Position numbers and translations under genes: made by a program
Part shown: positions 22,054-32,691 of the stretch, in pieces
Layout: each line of letters starts with the position of its first letter
How positions within the stretch are numbered: position 1 is the first letter of the stretch
Assembly (NCBI GenBank): GCA_963793425.1
Contig: CAWCAG010000005.1
Coordinates: forward strand, 1,280,001 to 1,344,000
Reading direction: 5' to 3'
Source: an uncultured cyanobacterium
Lineage (GTDB): Bacteria; Cyanobacteriota; Cyanobacteriia; Cyanobacteriales; CAWCAG01
DNA length: 64,000 nucleotides
Notes under the pieces: generated by a model
What the model saw: the letters and a program-made list of their open reading frames with translations, nothing else
Databases searched by the model: none
Told to the model about the DNA's origin: nothing

Positions 22054-23340
22054 TTACTTAAAATTAACTACTCCATTGTTATCAATCCCTGTCACGCGAT
22101 CATCAGGAAACAAACCTAACCAAGGATCTGAACTTGGAGTTAGGAAAAGTTGACTGTAAACCCTTTCATTTAAACTGGTTAAATTATTGATAGAGAGGTC
22201 ATTAAGCAACCAGTCATAAACTTGAGTTCGCAACATATACTCATTACGGACAGTATCTAAAGCCATCAATTCTTCAAACTTTTGTGTAGCAGTTGCCACA
22301 TCAACAGTGGCGCTTTTTCTTTTAATTAACTTAATACTATTTTCATCTAACTTTGCTTCCTGGCTATACAATTGAGCAATTTTTTGCCAGGTTGACTCAT
22401 CGGTAATCTCAGCTAAATTCTGGTTATTAAATAAAATATTCAAAGTAGGAGTTTCTATGATCATTTTTGACATTGCTATGGGGGCAGCATCTATCGCATT
22501 AGGATCTTCTGTATACTCAGAAATCTCTCTTAAAGGGGGCGTTTCTATCCCTAAAGAAGTTAAATCATTTGACCATTGGTTTTGTAAAGTAACCAAGCGA
22601 TCGCGCCAATATTGTCGCAAAAAGATTTGTTGTTGAGAACTAGCTTGATGGTTATATTCTTGACTAATTTGTTCTGCTTGTTGCAATTGTTTCAAGAAGG
22701 CTTGAGGCCCATATAATCCTGGCAAAGCATCAAGAGGTTGTCCTTGGGCATTTAAAATGTAGTGAATACTGTTTCCGGTTAAAGTACTTTTAAGCTGACG
22801 ACCATCACCAAAATGAACTGTTACTGTAGGAACAGGGCGTACAGATTCCCAATGTAAAATATAGCGATCGCGCAGAAATTGAGCTATATCTTTATTGGCA
22901 TATAAAGCTAGGCGGAAAAAGCGACTATTAGCACAACTTAAATCCTCATCTAAGTTCCCTAATAAACGCAAAGAAAGAATTGGTTTACCAGAACTTTGGG
23001 CCGCAGCTTGGGCTGATTCTAAGTCAGTGTACCAGTATAATTGCGAAGAATAACAATCTCTTTGTTGACAGATTTTATCTAAAACTTTGTGCAAAGCTGG
23101 AGATGAAAAGTTAGCTAATTCTTCTCCATAAGTTTGCATAAACTCTTCAATACCCGCCTGTCCTTTCTCCCGTAATTTACTAATCTTTTGGTCAGAAATA
23201 AGAGAATCTGAAGATACCGCAACACCAACAGTTTCCCGAACAGGATTTTGGGCTTTAACTGCGCTATTCCAGCCCAAACTAGCTGTAAAGAAGAAAGTTG
23301 TTGAAAATAAAATTCTCAGTCTCAGTTTATTATTTATCAT
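22054..23340 (-). CDS. Exported protein with thioredoxin-like (SelN-like) domain
   Basis: Signal peptide ending VKA; WYTDLESAQAAAQSSGKPILSLRLLGNLDEDLSCANSR. Confidence 0.6.
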   Translation of the reverse strand: MINNKLRLRILFSTTFFFTASLGWNSAVKAQNPVRETVGVAVSSDSLISDQKISKLREKGQAGIEEFMQTYGEELANFSSPALHKVLDKICQQRDCYSSQLYWYTDLESAQAAAQSSGKPILSLRLLGNLDEDLSCANSRFFRLALYANKDIAQFLRDRYILHWESVRPVPTVTVHFGDGRQLKSTLTGNSIHYILNAQGQPLDALPGLYGPQAFLKQLQQAEQISQEYNHQASSQQQIFLRQYWRDRLVTLQNQWSNDLTSLGIETPPLREISEYTEDPNAIDAAPIAMSKMIIETPTLNILFNNQNLAEITDESTWQKIAQLYSQEAKLDENSIKLIKRKSATVDVATATQKFEELMALDTVRNEYMLRTQVYDWLLNDLSINNLTSLNERVYSQLFLTPSSDPWLGLFPDDRVTGIDNNGVVNFK

Positions 23341-23462
23341 TTATCATTTTCCATTAAACATTTATCATTGAAAAACTACCACAACAATCTGCCAAATTCC
23401 CAAAAAATCATTAATACCTCGCAGCAACGGCAGGTTGCATATTAAACACTGACCATTGCTCA

Positions 23463-24662
23463 TTAATCATTGTACGGCTTGCCGTTGCCGTTAGGCATCA
23501 TTGAAATAGAAACCCCTGCCAGCAAAAAAGAGATTGCACCAATAACCACTTGCCCGATTGTAGTTAGTTCAACTTGTCCTGCCATGATACTAAACAAACT
23601 CATACCTGCGCCAAAACCACCGAAATAAGTACCTATTCCTAATCCTCCTCGGCTAGGAGGTACAGAAGATAAAGCAAGGGGGATTGTGCCGTTGAGTACG
23701 AGGCTGAATACAAACGTTAAAATTAATAGAGCGATCGCCACTAAGAAAAAGTTGGGGGCAAAAGCTAGAATTGGTAACAAAATTGTCGTAACCCCCAAGC
23801 CAATTAACATTGCTGAAGAATTACCAACACGGCTAGCAAAAATTCCTCCAGGAATGGAAGCAAAGGCGAGAATAATACTGAAAATAAACATCCCAGAATT
23901 GGTCTGACTCTCCCCTAAATTCCTGGTTAAAGCAGCAGCAACTGTGGGTAACAAAGAACGTAACCCCCAAGCAATGCCGATGCCCGCCAGACAGACGAAA
24001 CCAAGCTTAGCAAAAGAAAGATGCTGTAGTTGTTGGGGAGTAACTTCATCTTGCTGTGGTGGTTGGGGAGGATAGAGACGACGGAGAAAAAAAGCAGCCC
24101 CCAACAGGGTAAAAGAACCAATAGTGAAAGTAAAAGCCGAACCTAACTTGAGGATATTATCTTGAATAATCGGCTTAAATGCTCCTATTAACCCAGAAAC
24201 AAAGATTAAAATACCCGTAGCTTGGGGAAACTTTTGCCTGGGGACAGCTTGCCACAACAAAGCCATAGCCGGAGATCGAAACATGGTCATGGCGATCGCC
24301 CAAGCAACAGCAAATCCTGGCAGCAGCCAACGCCAAACCTGTTGAGGATTGCCCAAAATAGCTATAGTGGGGAGAGTAATAAATAAAGCTGAAGAGAGAA
24401 TTACCCCCAAAGCAATAAAAGGAAAACGATTACCAATAAATTGCTGAGTACGATCTGAAAATGCCCCAAATAAAGGTTCAAAGATTATGGCTAAAGCTTG
24501 TTCAACAATAATTATCACTGCTGCAAAGCCTGCTGCAAAGCCAAACTGTACAAGCATCTTCGGCAAATAAGTACCGTAGATCACCCAAGTTAAAGTGATT
24601 GCCCCTTGCATAGCAGCCAAGCCCAAAACCCGAAGCCACAAGATCCGTGTTGGAGATAACAT
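23463..24662 (-). CDS. MFS transporter
   Basis: About 12 hydrophobic segments; GAFSDR motif A. Confidence 0.85.
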   Translation of the reverse strand: MLSPTRILWLRVLGLAAMQGAITLTWVIYGTYLPKMLVQFGFAAGFAAVIIIVEQALAIIFEPLFGAFSDRTQQFIGNRFPFIALGVILSSALFITLPTIAILGNPQQVWRWLLPGFAVAWAIAMTMFRSPAMALLWQAVPRQKFPQATGILIFVSGLIGAFKPIIQDNILKLGSAFTFTIGSFTLLGAAFFLRRLYPPQPPQQDEVTPQQLQHLSFAKLGFVCLAGIGIAWGLRSLLPTVAAALTRNLGESQTNSGMFIFSIILAFASIPGGIFASRVGNSSAMLIGLGVTTILLPILAFAPNFFLVAIALLILTFVFSLVLNGTIPLALSSVPPSRGGLGIGTYFGGFGAGMSLFSIMAGQVELTTIGQVVIGAISFLLAGVSISMMPNGNGKPYND

Positions 24663-24672
24663 TGATAATTGA

Positions 24673-24814
24673 TACCAAATCCAGTTACTGAAGTACCTTG
24701 ATAAAATCGAGAAATAAAGTTCTCAAACCCTACTCCCTACTCCCTACTCCCTACTCCCTACTCCCTGCTCCCTACCCTAGCAGAAAAGCCATGCAACAAG
24801 AGCAGGATTTGGTA
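24673..24814. mobile_element. MITE-like element with 10-bp terminal inverted repeats carrying an STRR array
   Basis: TACCAAATCC (24673-24682) / GGATTTGGTA (24805-24814); internal (CCCTACT)5 at 24728-24762. Confidence 0.55.
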
Positions 24815-24862
24815 GATAACATTGATAATTGATACCAAATCCGGTTACTGAAGTACCTTATT

Positions 24863-26479
24863 CTATCTCCTCAAAAGAATCTCCTGCTGAAGTACAGGAA
24901 TAGAAATGCCAGCCTCATCAAGGGCTATTTTCAGGCGACGGCGGTATTCCCTAGCTACGTCCCATTGTTTTAGGGTTTGAGTTTTAAGCCAAATGCGAAG
25001 AATAACCCCGCGATCGCCAAAACCATCAACTCCTAAAACTTGAGGCGGTTCTAAAATTTGTTCTTGCCAAACCTCGTCTGCATCCATGTCTTGGGCAACT
25101 TGATTAACTATGGCAATGGCTTTGTCAACATCAGTACGATAAGAAATGGGCAGGCTGACATCAGCCCTAGACCAACCGTTGGAATGATTGGCAACAATTT
25201 TAATCTCGCTATTCGGAACAGTAATTAACCGCCCTTCTGCATCTCGTAACTGAGTAATACGCAGGTTCATGTTTTCAACCAATCCCCCCACATCCCCCAC
25301 GGTGATTACATCTCCGACAGCGAATTGATCCTCTAGGATAATAAAAAAGCCATTGAGGGCATCCTTAATGATGTTTTGGGAAGCAAAAGAGAGGGCAACA
25401 CCAATAATCCCGGCCCCTGCTAACAAAGGTGCAATATCAACCCCTAACCAAGCCAAGGCAACAACGATGCCCGCAGCAAGACAAGTAATCGTGGCAATGC
25501 CTTTGGTTACACGAGAAATAGTTGAGATTCTTAACTGTAAACGAGAAGTAGATTCGGGTATTAATAAAGAATTTTCGGCGATCGCCGCTGCGAATTTGCT
25601 AATCAAGACGTAAACAAGGCGAATAGTTAAGTAAGTACCCAAAATCACTAAACCAACCCGGAAAGGGATTTTTAAGGCAGCTAGGATAGCTATTTGTAGG
25701 GTTCGAGTATAAGGGAATAAACCTAAAATATATAAACCACCTCCCCCCAATAAGAAAAATTCTCCTAACTCCAAAAGGCGTACTTGAATTTCTTTAAAAT
25801 TCCAATCTTGTTTATTGGTAAGTTGAGTTGAGATTGGTTGCCCTTGGTTTTGGGCAGAGGATTTAAGTTTATCTTTAGAGCGTTTCAAATAGCTTTGCCA
25901 ACGGGAGATTAACCAGCTAAGGGCTATCATGACAAAAAAAATGCTCCCAGCAATTCCTCCTTGACGGGTTAAATAACTTGTTTCTCTTTCTTGTTGGGCT
26001 TTTTTTAAACCAACCTCAACATCTTCAACTATCTGCTTAGCCCTAGTTGCCACATCAACTCCCTGTAATTCTGCATCAGGAACAGTAATTGTCAGCAAAC
26101 GAATATCTTCATTTTCATTCCCTACAGCATAGATATCCTCTAACTTTCCCGCTTCCACAGGGCGAATTTCTAAATTACTTTCTTCCGTTGTTAAATAAAT
26201 TTGACGAACATCTCGCAACCTCTGTTCAATATCAGCAACCCGGTCTGATATTTCTGATTCTGGGGCTGCAACCTTAAATAAACAGCGGCCATCAAGGCGA
26301 ATACAAGCGGGAACAATGGGATCTTCCGTACTAGGTTTAAATAATTGGTAAGGAATCAGATTAAGATTATCCAACCTGGGTAGTTGAGATTGAACAGGAG
26401 AAAATATTCCCCCCATCAAAATGATTGTTGCGGCGATCGCCATTGCCAAAGTAAAGTATTTTTTGAGCATCCCCTTCAA
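24863..26479 (-). CDS. Mechanosensitive ion channel family (MscS) protein
   Basis: GAGIIGVALSFASQNIIKD, EDQFAVGDVI, ITVPNSEI. Confidence 0.92.
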   Translation of the reverse strand: MKGMLKKYFTLAMAIAATIILMGGIFSPVQSQLPRLDNLNLIPYQLFKPSTEDPIVPACIRLDGRCLFKVAAPESEISDRVADIEQRLRDVRQIYLTTEESNLEIRPVEAGKLEDIYAVGNENEDIRLLTITVPDAELQGVDVATRAKQIVEDVEVGLKKAQQERETSYLTRQGGIAGSIFFVMIALSWLISRWQSYLKRSKDKLKSSAQNQGQPISTQLTNKQDWNFKEIQVRLLELGEFFLLGGGGLYILGLFPYTRTLQIAILAALKIPFRVGLVILGTYLTIRLVYVLISKFAAAIAENSLLIPESTSRLQLRISTISRVTKGIATITCLAAGIVVALAWLGVDIAPLLAGAGIIGVALSFASQNIIKDALNGFFIILEDQFAVGDVITVGDVGGLVENMNLRITQLRDAEGRLITVPNSEIKIVANHSNGWSRADVSLPISYRTDVDKAIAIVNQVAQDMDADEVWQEQILEPPQVLGVDGFGDRGVILRIWLKTQTLKQWDVAREYRRRLKIALDEAGISIPVLQQEILLRR

Positions 26480-26594
26480 TAATCATTAAAATGTCTAACG
26501 ATCAATGATAAGTGGTATTTTAAGGGAGTAGGGAGATAGGGAACGAGGGAATTAGGGAGCTAGGGAGAAGAATAAACTGATAAATGATAAATGA

Positions 26595-28307
26595 TTAACG
26601 CCTATTTTTATACTCTTCAGTTTGCTTATACTCTTCAATCAACTTCTTGATTTTCTCCTTAATTTCGCTATGACGTAAAGCGCCTTCGTAGCTGTAGCGA
26701 TCATAACCGTTTTCAATAATCAAACTCTCTAAATAATCAACTCTTTCTCCTGTACCTGGGTGACTAGATAACCAAGCTGGGGGGCGAGGTAAATCTTTTT
26801 CATCTAGGATTAGCATCAGGTTGCGTAAACCGTCGGCAGCATAGTTGCTACCAGCCAAAATTCTTGTACCCAAAACATCGGCTTGCCTTTCCATGTCGCG
26901 ACTGTAATTAAGAACGAGGAGTTGTGCCGCCGTGCCACCAAAAGGGATAAACTGAGCTAAGTTAGCTGTTAAGTTGCCTTGGGTAACTAACTGGAAACCG
27001 TGGGAAAGGACAGCATGGGAAAGTTCATGGGCGATTAAACCAGCCAATTCTGCTTCCGAATTACTATCGGCGATCACCCCTGCATGAAGAAAGATTTTTC
27101 CTCCTGGTAAAGCGAAGGCGTTGAGGCTATCATCCATGATCACATAAAAGCGATAATCGAATTCATCACGGCCAGCATATTGTGCCAACTTGTAGCCAAT
27201 ATCGTTAACGTAAGCCAAAACCTCTTCATCTTCTACCATGGGTGCATATCTTTGCATTCGGTTAGAAATTTTTTCTCCTACTGCGGATTCTCCTTCAATT
27301 AAAAGTAAGGTGGTTTCCGCCGCAGAAAAGGGGCCGAATAATCCCCCTGTTACTACAAAACCAACTATTCCGGTGATAATATTAGCGATACCATTGCCCC
27401 TAATGGTAGCCCGGAGATTACTTGTGTAGCGGTCTAAATTTTCTTCTGCTAAAAGCAGAAACTCTCCTGAGCGTTCATGTTCAGGATTAATCAAGGCAAA
27501 CTGACGGGCAGCAAGAGATGCTTCTAACCATTGTTTTTCTTCCCCATAGGCTGTGACTTTAGCAGCAATTAAGTCTGGTTGCTGAGGATATAAAGTTGTT
27601 GCCCTCTCCAACAAAGGTAAGATTTCTTCTTCCCTGTTAGCTTTTTTCAACTCCTGGGCATAAAGTAAATAACCGGGGATAAATTCTGGATATTTCTCAA
27701 CTAAAAAATCTAAAGAGATTAAGGCTTTGCTATCTAATTCTTGTTCTATACCTTCTTGGGCATTTTGCCAATAAACCGCACCCCCAGGAGGTAATTGATT
27801 GGGTTCATAAATCGCTTCTGGTTTGGTGACTAATTCCGCTGCAACTTCGGCGGCAAAGGGTTCTTTTGCTTGGCGATATTTTTCTGCTGCTGCTGCAAAC
27901 TCCCCGGATAAATAAAATTCGTCTCCTTCTTTTAATAATTCTAGGCAGGCAAGTTCCTCTGGAGTTAATTCTTCCTTTTCTTGTTCCCCTTCTTCAACGT
28001 CTTCAACTTCAGTTTCTTCTTCTTCAACAGCTTCTTCCTTTGCTGTTACTTCCTCCCTATCTTCAGTAGGAATAGTATCAGGAATAACAATTGTCTCAGG
28101 AGTAGAATTTGGCTCACTTTCTTGAACTAAAATCAACTCTGAATTCAGGTTTTCTGGTAACTCCAACTCAGACAAGTCTTGAGGTACAAATAACTCCTCA
28201 GCTACCTCAAGATTTTCTTCTACCTCCTGATATGGTTCTGCCAAAACAACAGAAGTAGGTAGTAGGAAAGTTAAACTAAGCAGCAATGAGTTCCAGGCAA
28301 GTTTCAT
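26595..28307 (-). CDS. M48 family metallopeptidase with acidic/TPR-like N-terminal region
   Basis: NAFALPGG, AHELSH (HExxH), YSRDMERQAD, SSHP. Confidence 0.9.
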   Translation of the reverse strand: MKLAWNSLLLSLTFLLPTSVVLAEPYQEVEENLEVAEELFVPQDLSELELPENLNSELILVQESEPNSTPETIVIPDTIPTEDREEVTAKEEAVEEEETEVEDVEEGEQEKEELTPEELACLELLKEGDEFYLSGEFAAAAEKYRQAKEPFAAEVAAELVTKPEAIYEPNQLPPGGAVYWQNAQEGIEQELDSKALISLDFLVEKYPEFIPGYLLYAQELKKANREEEILPLLERATTLYPQQPDLIAAKVTAYGEEKQWLEASLAARQFALINPEHERSGEFLLLAEENLDRYTSNLRATIRGNGIANIITGIVGFVVTGGLFGPFSAAETTLLLIEGESAVGEKISNRMQRYAPMVEDEEVLAYVNDIGYKLAQYAGRDEFDYRFYVIMDDSLNAFALPGGKIFLHAGVIADSNSEAELAGLIAHELSHAVLSHGFQLVTQGNLTANLAQFIPFGGTAAQLLVLNYSRDMERQADVLGTRILAGSNYAADGLRNLMLILDEKDLPRPPAWLSSHPGTGERVDYLESLIIENGYDRYSYEGALRHSEIKEKIKKLIEEYKQTEEYKNRR

Positions 28308-28593
28308 GACAAAGCATCCAGAAATACCGTTTCTGACTTATTAACAGATTGTTTCAAGCTTTTTTAAGGTGAAAGTTACCGAAGATTAAAAGTGTTTTTG
28401 AAAACCAATTTTAAGAGCGCACCTTTTCCACCGCTTACATAATATCATGTCAAGGGAAAATTAGGCAAGCGAGCCAGAGAATTAATTCTCTGGCTAATAC
28501 AATAGAAATATAATCACGTAGGGGCGACACGTTTCCGTTATTTTAATCACTGACAAACTAAACTATTGGGTCGCCCTTGACAAGGATTACTAT

Positions 28594-29544
28594 TCAGTTT
28601 TCATATTCCTCATAAGCTGCCACAATCTTTTGTACCAAGGGATGGCGGACAACGTCCTTTTGGGTTAATTGACAAAAAGCGATGCCATTGACGGACTTGA
28701 GGATTTTTGTAGCCATTGACAAACCGGATTCTTGATACTTAGGTAAATCAGTTTGGGTAACATCCCCCGTCACCACCATGCGAGAATTAAAACCTAAACG
28801 GGTTAAAACCATCTTCATCTGCGCTGGGGTAGTGTTTTGGGCCTCATCAACAATTACAAAAGCATTACTTAAGGTGCGGCCTCGCATATATGCTAAGGGG
28901 GCAACTTCGATTTTGCCGTCAGCCATCAATTCAGGAATGCGATCTGCTTTAATTAGTTCGTATAAAGCGTCATAAAGGGGACGTAAAAAAGGATTAACTT
29001 TTTGTTGTAAATCCCCTGGCAGGAAACCTAACTTTTCCCCTGCTTCTACCGCAGGACGGGTGAGAATCAACCTTTCGTAATCATCATTTAATAAAGCTTG
29101 TACTGCTAAAATTGCCGCTAAAAAAGTCTTTCCTGTCCCGGCTGGGCCGATACAAAAAGTAACATCGTGGGTTTGAATTGCTTTAACGTACTGTTTTTGC
29201 TTAAATGTTTTAGCTCTAACTTTTTCTCCCCGTAGGGTGGTGGCTAAAACATTTTGTTGTAAATCCTTTAATTCATCTGTACGGTCATTATCTACTGCTT
29301 GGAAAGCTGTTTGTAAATCTGCTTGGGAAATAGTCTTGCCTTCTAGCCAATAAGGTTTAAGGGAACGCACTATTTGTATAGAGCGTTCCACCGCCTTTTC
29401 TTTGCCAGACACCAACAAATCCTGACCCCGGAGGACTAATTGCGCCCCTGTATGGCGGGATAAAAGTTGTAAGTTATCTTCTCGATTACCTGCTAGGGCG
29501 ATCGCGCTTTCAGTACTTGGTAGCTGAATGGTCTTTGATATCAA
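28594..29544 (-). CDS. phoH: PhoH family ATPase
   Basis: GPAGTGKT, RPAVEAGEKLGFLPG, DEAQN; likely TTG start at 29544. Confidence 0.93.
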   Translation of the reverse strand: MISKTIQLPSTESAIALAGNREDNLQLLSRHTGAQLVLRGQDLLVSGKEKAVERSIQIVRSLKPYWLEGKTISQADLQTAFQAVDNDRTDELKDLQQNVLATTLRGEKVRAKTFKQKQYVKAIQTHDVTFCIGPAGTGKTFLAAILAVQALLNDDYERLILTRPAVEAGEKLGFLPGDLQQKVNPFLRPLYDALYELIKADRIPELMADGKIEVAPLAYMRGRTLSNAFVIVDEAQNTTPAQMKMVLTRLGFNSRMVVTGDVTQTDLPKYQESGLSMATKILKSVNGIAFCQLTQKDVVRHPLVQKIVAAYEEYEN

Positions 29545-29676
29545 AGCAACTGTTAATTGAGGTTGAAAGTATTGAAATAAAAAGAGAAGGCAGAATTTCC
29601 TGTTTGGGATATTCTGCAATGAGAATAGGCCTTTGCTTCATGGTTGTTTAGCCCTAATCGCTGATGCTTTAAAAAA

Positions 29677-30105
29677 TCAATTGATTAGCTTTTGAGGACG
29701 AGGTTTGAATTTAGGGGGTGCTACACGGGAAGGAGAGGGAGACGGTCTTCTACCATTATACTGGCTACCAGAGCGAGAATTGCGCTCAGAACTATTGTTA
29801 GCGCTGCCATATACATCTAGGTAAATAGACTGCCCCACTAACTTTCCGGTGGCTTGTAAAACCGACCTAACTGCTTCAATGTTACGTCCACCGCGACCAA
29901 ATACTCTTCCTTTATCTGAGTCATCAAAAGCTAACCTAATCCATACTCTTTGATTTCCCCTAGCATTTTCGCAGTCTACTTTTAAAGAGTTTGCTGATTC
30001 TAGTAGGGGCTGAACTAGAAACTTGACCATTTCTACATAGTTTGGCTTGGTTGGGCTAGCTTGATCAGAGGAAACTTGAGGCTTAAGAGGCATTGACTTG
30101 TTCAA
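29677..30105 (-). CDS. khpA: KH domain RNA-binding protein
   Basis: [13 protein letters not shown]; position between rpsP and phoH. Confidence 0.88.
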   Translation of the reverse strand: MNKSMPLKPQVSSDQASPTKPNYVEMVKFLVQPLLESANSLKVDCENARGNQRVWIRLAFDDSDKGRVFGRGGRNIEAVRSVLQATGKLVGQSIYLDVYGSANNSSERNSRSGSQYNGRRPSPSPSRVAPPKFKPRPQKLIN

Positions 30106-30334
30106 AAACTTGCGCTTTTTTCAAAATGGCACGTACTGTATCTGTAGGCTGGGCCCCTTGTTGGAGGCGCTTAACAATAGCAGGTACGTCTAAGCGGGTT
30201 TCGTTAGTTCTGGGGTTATAAAAACCTAACTCTTCTAAGGGTCGTCCGTCACGACGCACTCTACTGTCCATTGCGACTATGCGATAGCTAGCTTCACGCT
30301 TTTTGCCGTATCTTTTCAATCTTATTTTGATCAT
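30083..30334 (-). CDS. rpsP: 30S ribosomal protein S16
   Basis: [12 protein letters not shown]...[25 protein letters not shown]. Confidence 0.98.
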   Translation of the reverse strand: MIKIRLKRYGKKREASYRIVAMDSRVRRDGRPLEELGFYNPRTNETRLDVPAIVKRLQQGAQPTDTVRAILKKAQVFEQVNAS

Positions 30335-30438
30335 CTTCTTAAAATCCTCCTGATCTGATTTTAAAGCCTTTAGGCCACCTTGGCGATGGGGCCTTAGACC
30401 TTAACTATTTAGGTATTTGATTATACTCTACTTCTTCG

Positions 30439-31911
30439 CTAGAAAAGTTCTCCGAAGCCTTTCTTTTTCTTACCTTTCTTCTTCTTCTTCTTAGAACCTC
30501 CTGAATAGCCGCGAAAACCAGGGCGAGGTGCATTTCCTCCCATACCCCCAAACATTCCTCCTAAGCCGCCTCCCATACCACCCATTCCGGGCATTTCCAT
30601 TCCGGGCATTCCTCCACCTTGCCCCATTTGCTGCATCATGCCTCGCATTCGGGTAAAATCTTTAACTAATTTGCCGACATCGCTTTCTTTAAAGCCGGAA
30701 CCTTTAGCGATGCGGCGGCGACGGCTAGGAGATTTGGCGAGTAAGTTTGGTTCAGTCCTCTCTTCTGGGGTCATGGAATTAATCATGGCTTCAGTACGTT
30801 TGAGTTGTACTTCCCCTTTTTCCAAGTCTGAACTACTCAACTTGCCCATGCCGGGAATCATCTTCATCAATCCCCCCAAAGAACCCATATTTTTCAAGAG
30901 GCGCATTTGTTTAAGGAAGTCATCGAAGCCAAATCTCGCTTCCATGATTTTGGCTTGCATTTCCGCTGCATCAGCGATATCTACTTCTTCCTGGGCTTTT
31001 TCTACCAGGGTTAAGACATCCCCCATGCCCAAAATACGAGAGGCCATACGGTCAGGATAAAAGGGTTGTAGGGCTTCTACTTTCTCCCCTACCCCCACAA
31101 ATTTGATAGGTTGACCAGAAATGCGACGTACAGAAAGGGCTGCCCCGCCACGACTATCTCCATCCAATTTAGTGAGAATGGCCCCAGTGATGCCGATTTG
31201 TTCGTGGAAGGTGTAAGTGAGGTTGGCAGCTTCTTGCCCTGTCATGGCATCTACCACCAGGAGAGTATCGTCAGGTTGAACTGTTTCTTTAATACGTCCC
31301 AACTCTCCCATCATTTCTGGGTCAATTTGCAACCGTCCGGCGGTATCAATGATAACGGTATCAACCCCCATTTCTTGGGCTTTTTCTACCCCTTGACGGG
31401 CAATTTCCACCGGATCAGCATCTTTACCCATTTCAAACACAGGTACATTAATTTGCTGCCCTAAAGTGAGTAATTGGTCAATAGCTGCCGGGCGGTAAAT
31501 ATCTGTAGCCACCATTAAGCAGTCGCGATCTTGCTTCCGCAAATGTAGGGCTAATTTAGCTGTGGCAGTGGTTTTACCTGTACCTTGCAAACCTGCCATC
31601 AAAACCACCGTTGGTTTAGTCTCTGCTTGGGCGAGAGGGACGTTGGTTTCCCCCATAACCTTAACTAATTCATCGTGGACAACTTTAATAAATTGCTGAT
31701 CAGGACGTACCCCAGAAACCACTTCTGACCCTTGGGCTTTGCTTTCTACCTCGGCGATAAAGTTTTTAACCACCTGGAGGTTAACATCCGCAGCTATAAG
31801 GGCGCGACGCACTTCTTTTAAGGCTTCTTGAATATTAGCTTGGGAAATTTTGTCTTGACCGCGTAGCTTTTTCCAAGCATCTTCTAAACGGTCGGCTAGG
31901 GCATCAAACAT
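30439..31911 (-). CDS. ffh: Signal recognition particle protein
   Basis: GLQGTGKTT, DTAGR, TKLDGD; Met-rich M domain. Confidence 0.98.
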   Translation of the reverse strand: MFDALADRLEDAWKKLRGQDKISQANIQEALKEVRRALIAADVNLQVVKNFIAEVESKAQGSEVVSGVRPDQQFIKVVHDELVKVMGETNVPLAQAETKPTVVLMAGLQGTGKTTATAKLALHLRKQDRDCLMVATDIYRPAAIDQLLTLGQQINVPVFEMGKDADPVEIARQGVEKAQEMGVDTVIIDTAGRLQIDPEMMGELGRIKETVQPDDTLLVVDAMTGQEAANLTYTFHEQIGITGAILTKLDGDSRGGAALSVRRISGQPIKFVGVGEKVEALQPFYPDRMASRILGMGDVLTLVEKAQEEVDIADAAEMQAKIMEARFGFDDFLKQMRLLKNMGSLGGLMKMIPGMGKLSSSDLEKGEVQLKRTEAMINSMTPEERTEPNLLAKSPSRRRRIAKGSGFKESDVGKLVKDFTRMRGMMQQMGQGGGMPGMEMPGMGGMGGGLGGMFGGMGGNAPRPGFRGYSGGSKKKKKKGKKKKGFGELF

Positions 31912-32004
31912 AATGAATGTATTTGTTGTAAACGATTAATTTAAGTGTTGTGGTAGGGAGTGGGGAGTGGGGAGCAGGGAGCAGTTAATAGTTATTTTAA
32001 AACT

Positions 32005-32607
32005 TTACTGGTCAATTAACTCGGAGTTAAACTCGTTGAAGGAACGTCTTTTTAATTGTATTGACTCAGAACGAGGCAGGAGATCAAAGACCTCCCGGAA
32101 AACACTATCAATGTCTTCAAACTTAGCTTGTCCAGTTTGGTTAAAGACAATCTCACGATTTTGATTTAGTAAGACAGTCTGAGGAATAGCCCCTTGGTAG
32201 TAATAACCTACTTCTTCAGGATTGTATTCATCCTTGATAGGAATAGAATCAACATTAATGGGTATAAAACTGGCTACTTTGCCATAAAATCGCTGTAGCT
32301 GGGAGATAACCTCAGAAAATCTTTTGCAATCGCTGCTATCTTCTACATAAAAAACTAACAGAGCAACTTTGTCTCTTTGGAAAGATTCCATCAAGGTCAT
32401 GCGGGGCGGAACTAAAGAACCATTTCCAGCATAAAGAGCAAAAATATTCCCATCAAACCTATCATCTTCAAGCCCTGCCGTTGCTGAGGGGGTTCCTAAC
32501 ACTAAGAAACTAATTAGCCCAACCAGGAGCGTTATTGAGCAAAAGCGCAAGGAAATTTTTCTTGAATGGAAGTTATTTAGCCAGTAGCGCAACCGCGAAA
32601 AAATCAT
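32005..32607 (-). CDS. Thioredoxin-like thylakoid protein (photosystem I accumulation factor family)
   Basis: DDRFDGNIFALYAGNGSLVPP and C-terminal RRSFNEFNSEL. Confidence 0.75.
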   Translation of the reverse strand: MIFSRLRYWLNNFHSRKISLRFCSITLLVGLISFLVLGTPSATAGLEDDRFDGNIFALYAGNGSLVPPRMTLMESFQRDKVALLVFYVEDSSDCKRFSEVISQLQRFYGKVASFIPINVDSIPIKDEYNPEEVGYYYQGAIPQTVLLNQNREIVFNQTGQAKFEDIDSVFREVFDLLPRSESIQLKRRSFNEFNSELIDQ

Positions 32608-32691
32608 AAAGTTCTATTTACCAATTAAATCAGCTATTATTAATAGTACAGCTAGGGGCTGTGGCTCAGTTGGATAGAGCAAGCGCCTCCT

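Noticed and set aside
24654..24859. Possible mini CRISPR array
   Set aside because: Only two 46-bp copies with a 114-nt STRR-containing spacer, and no cas genes in the window
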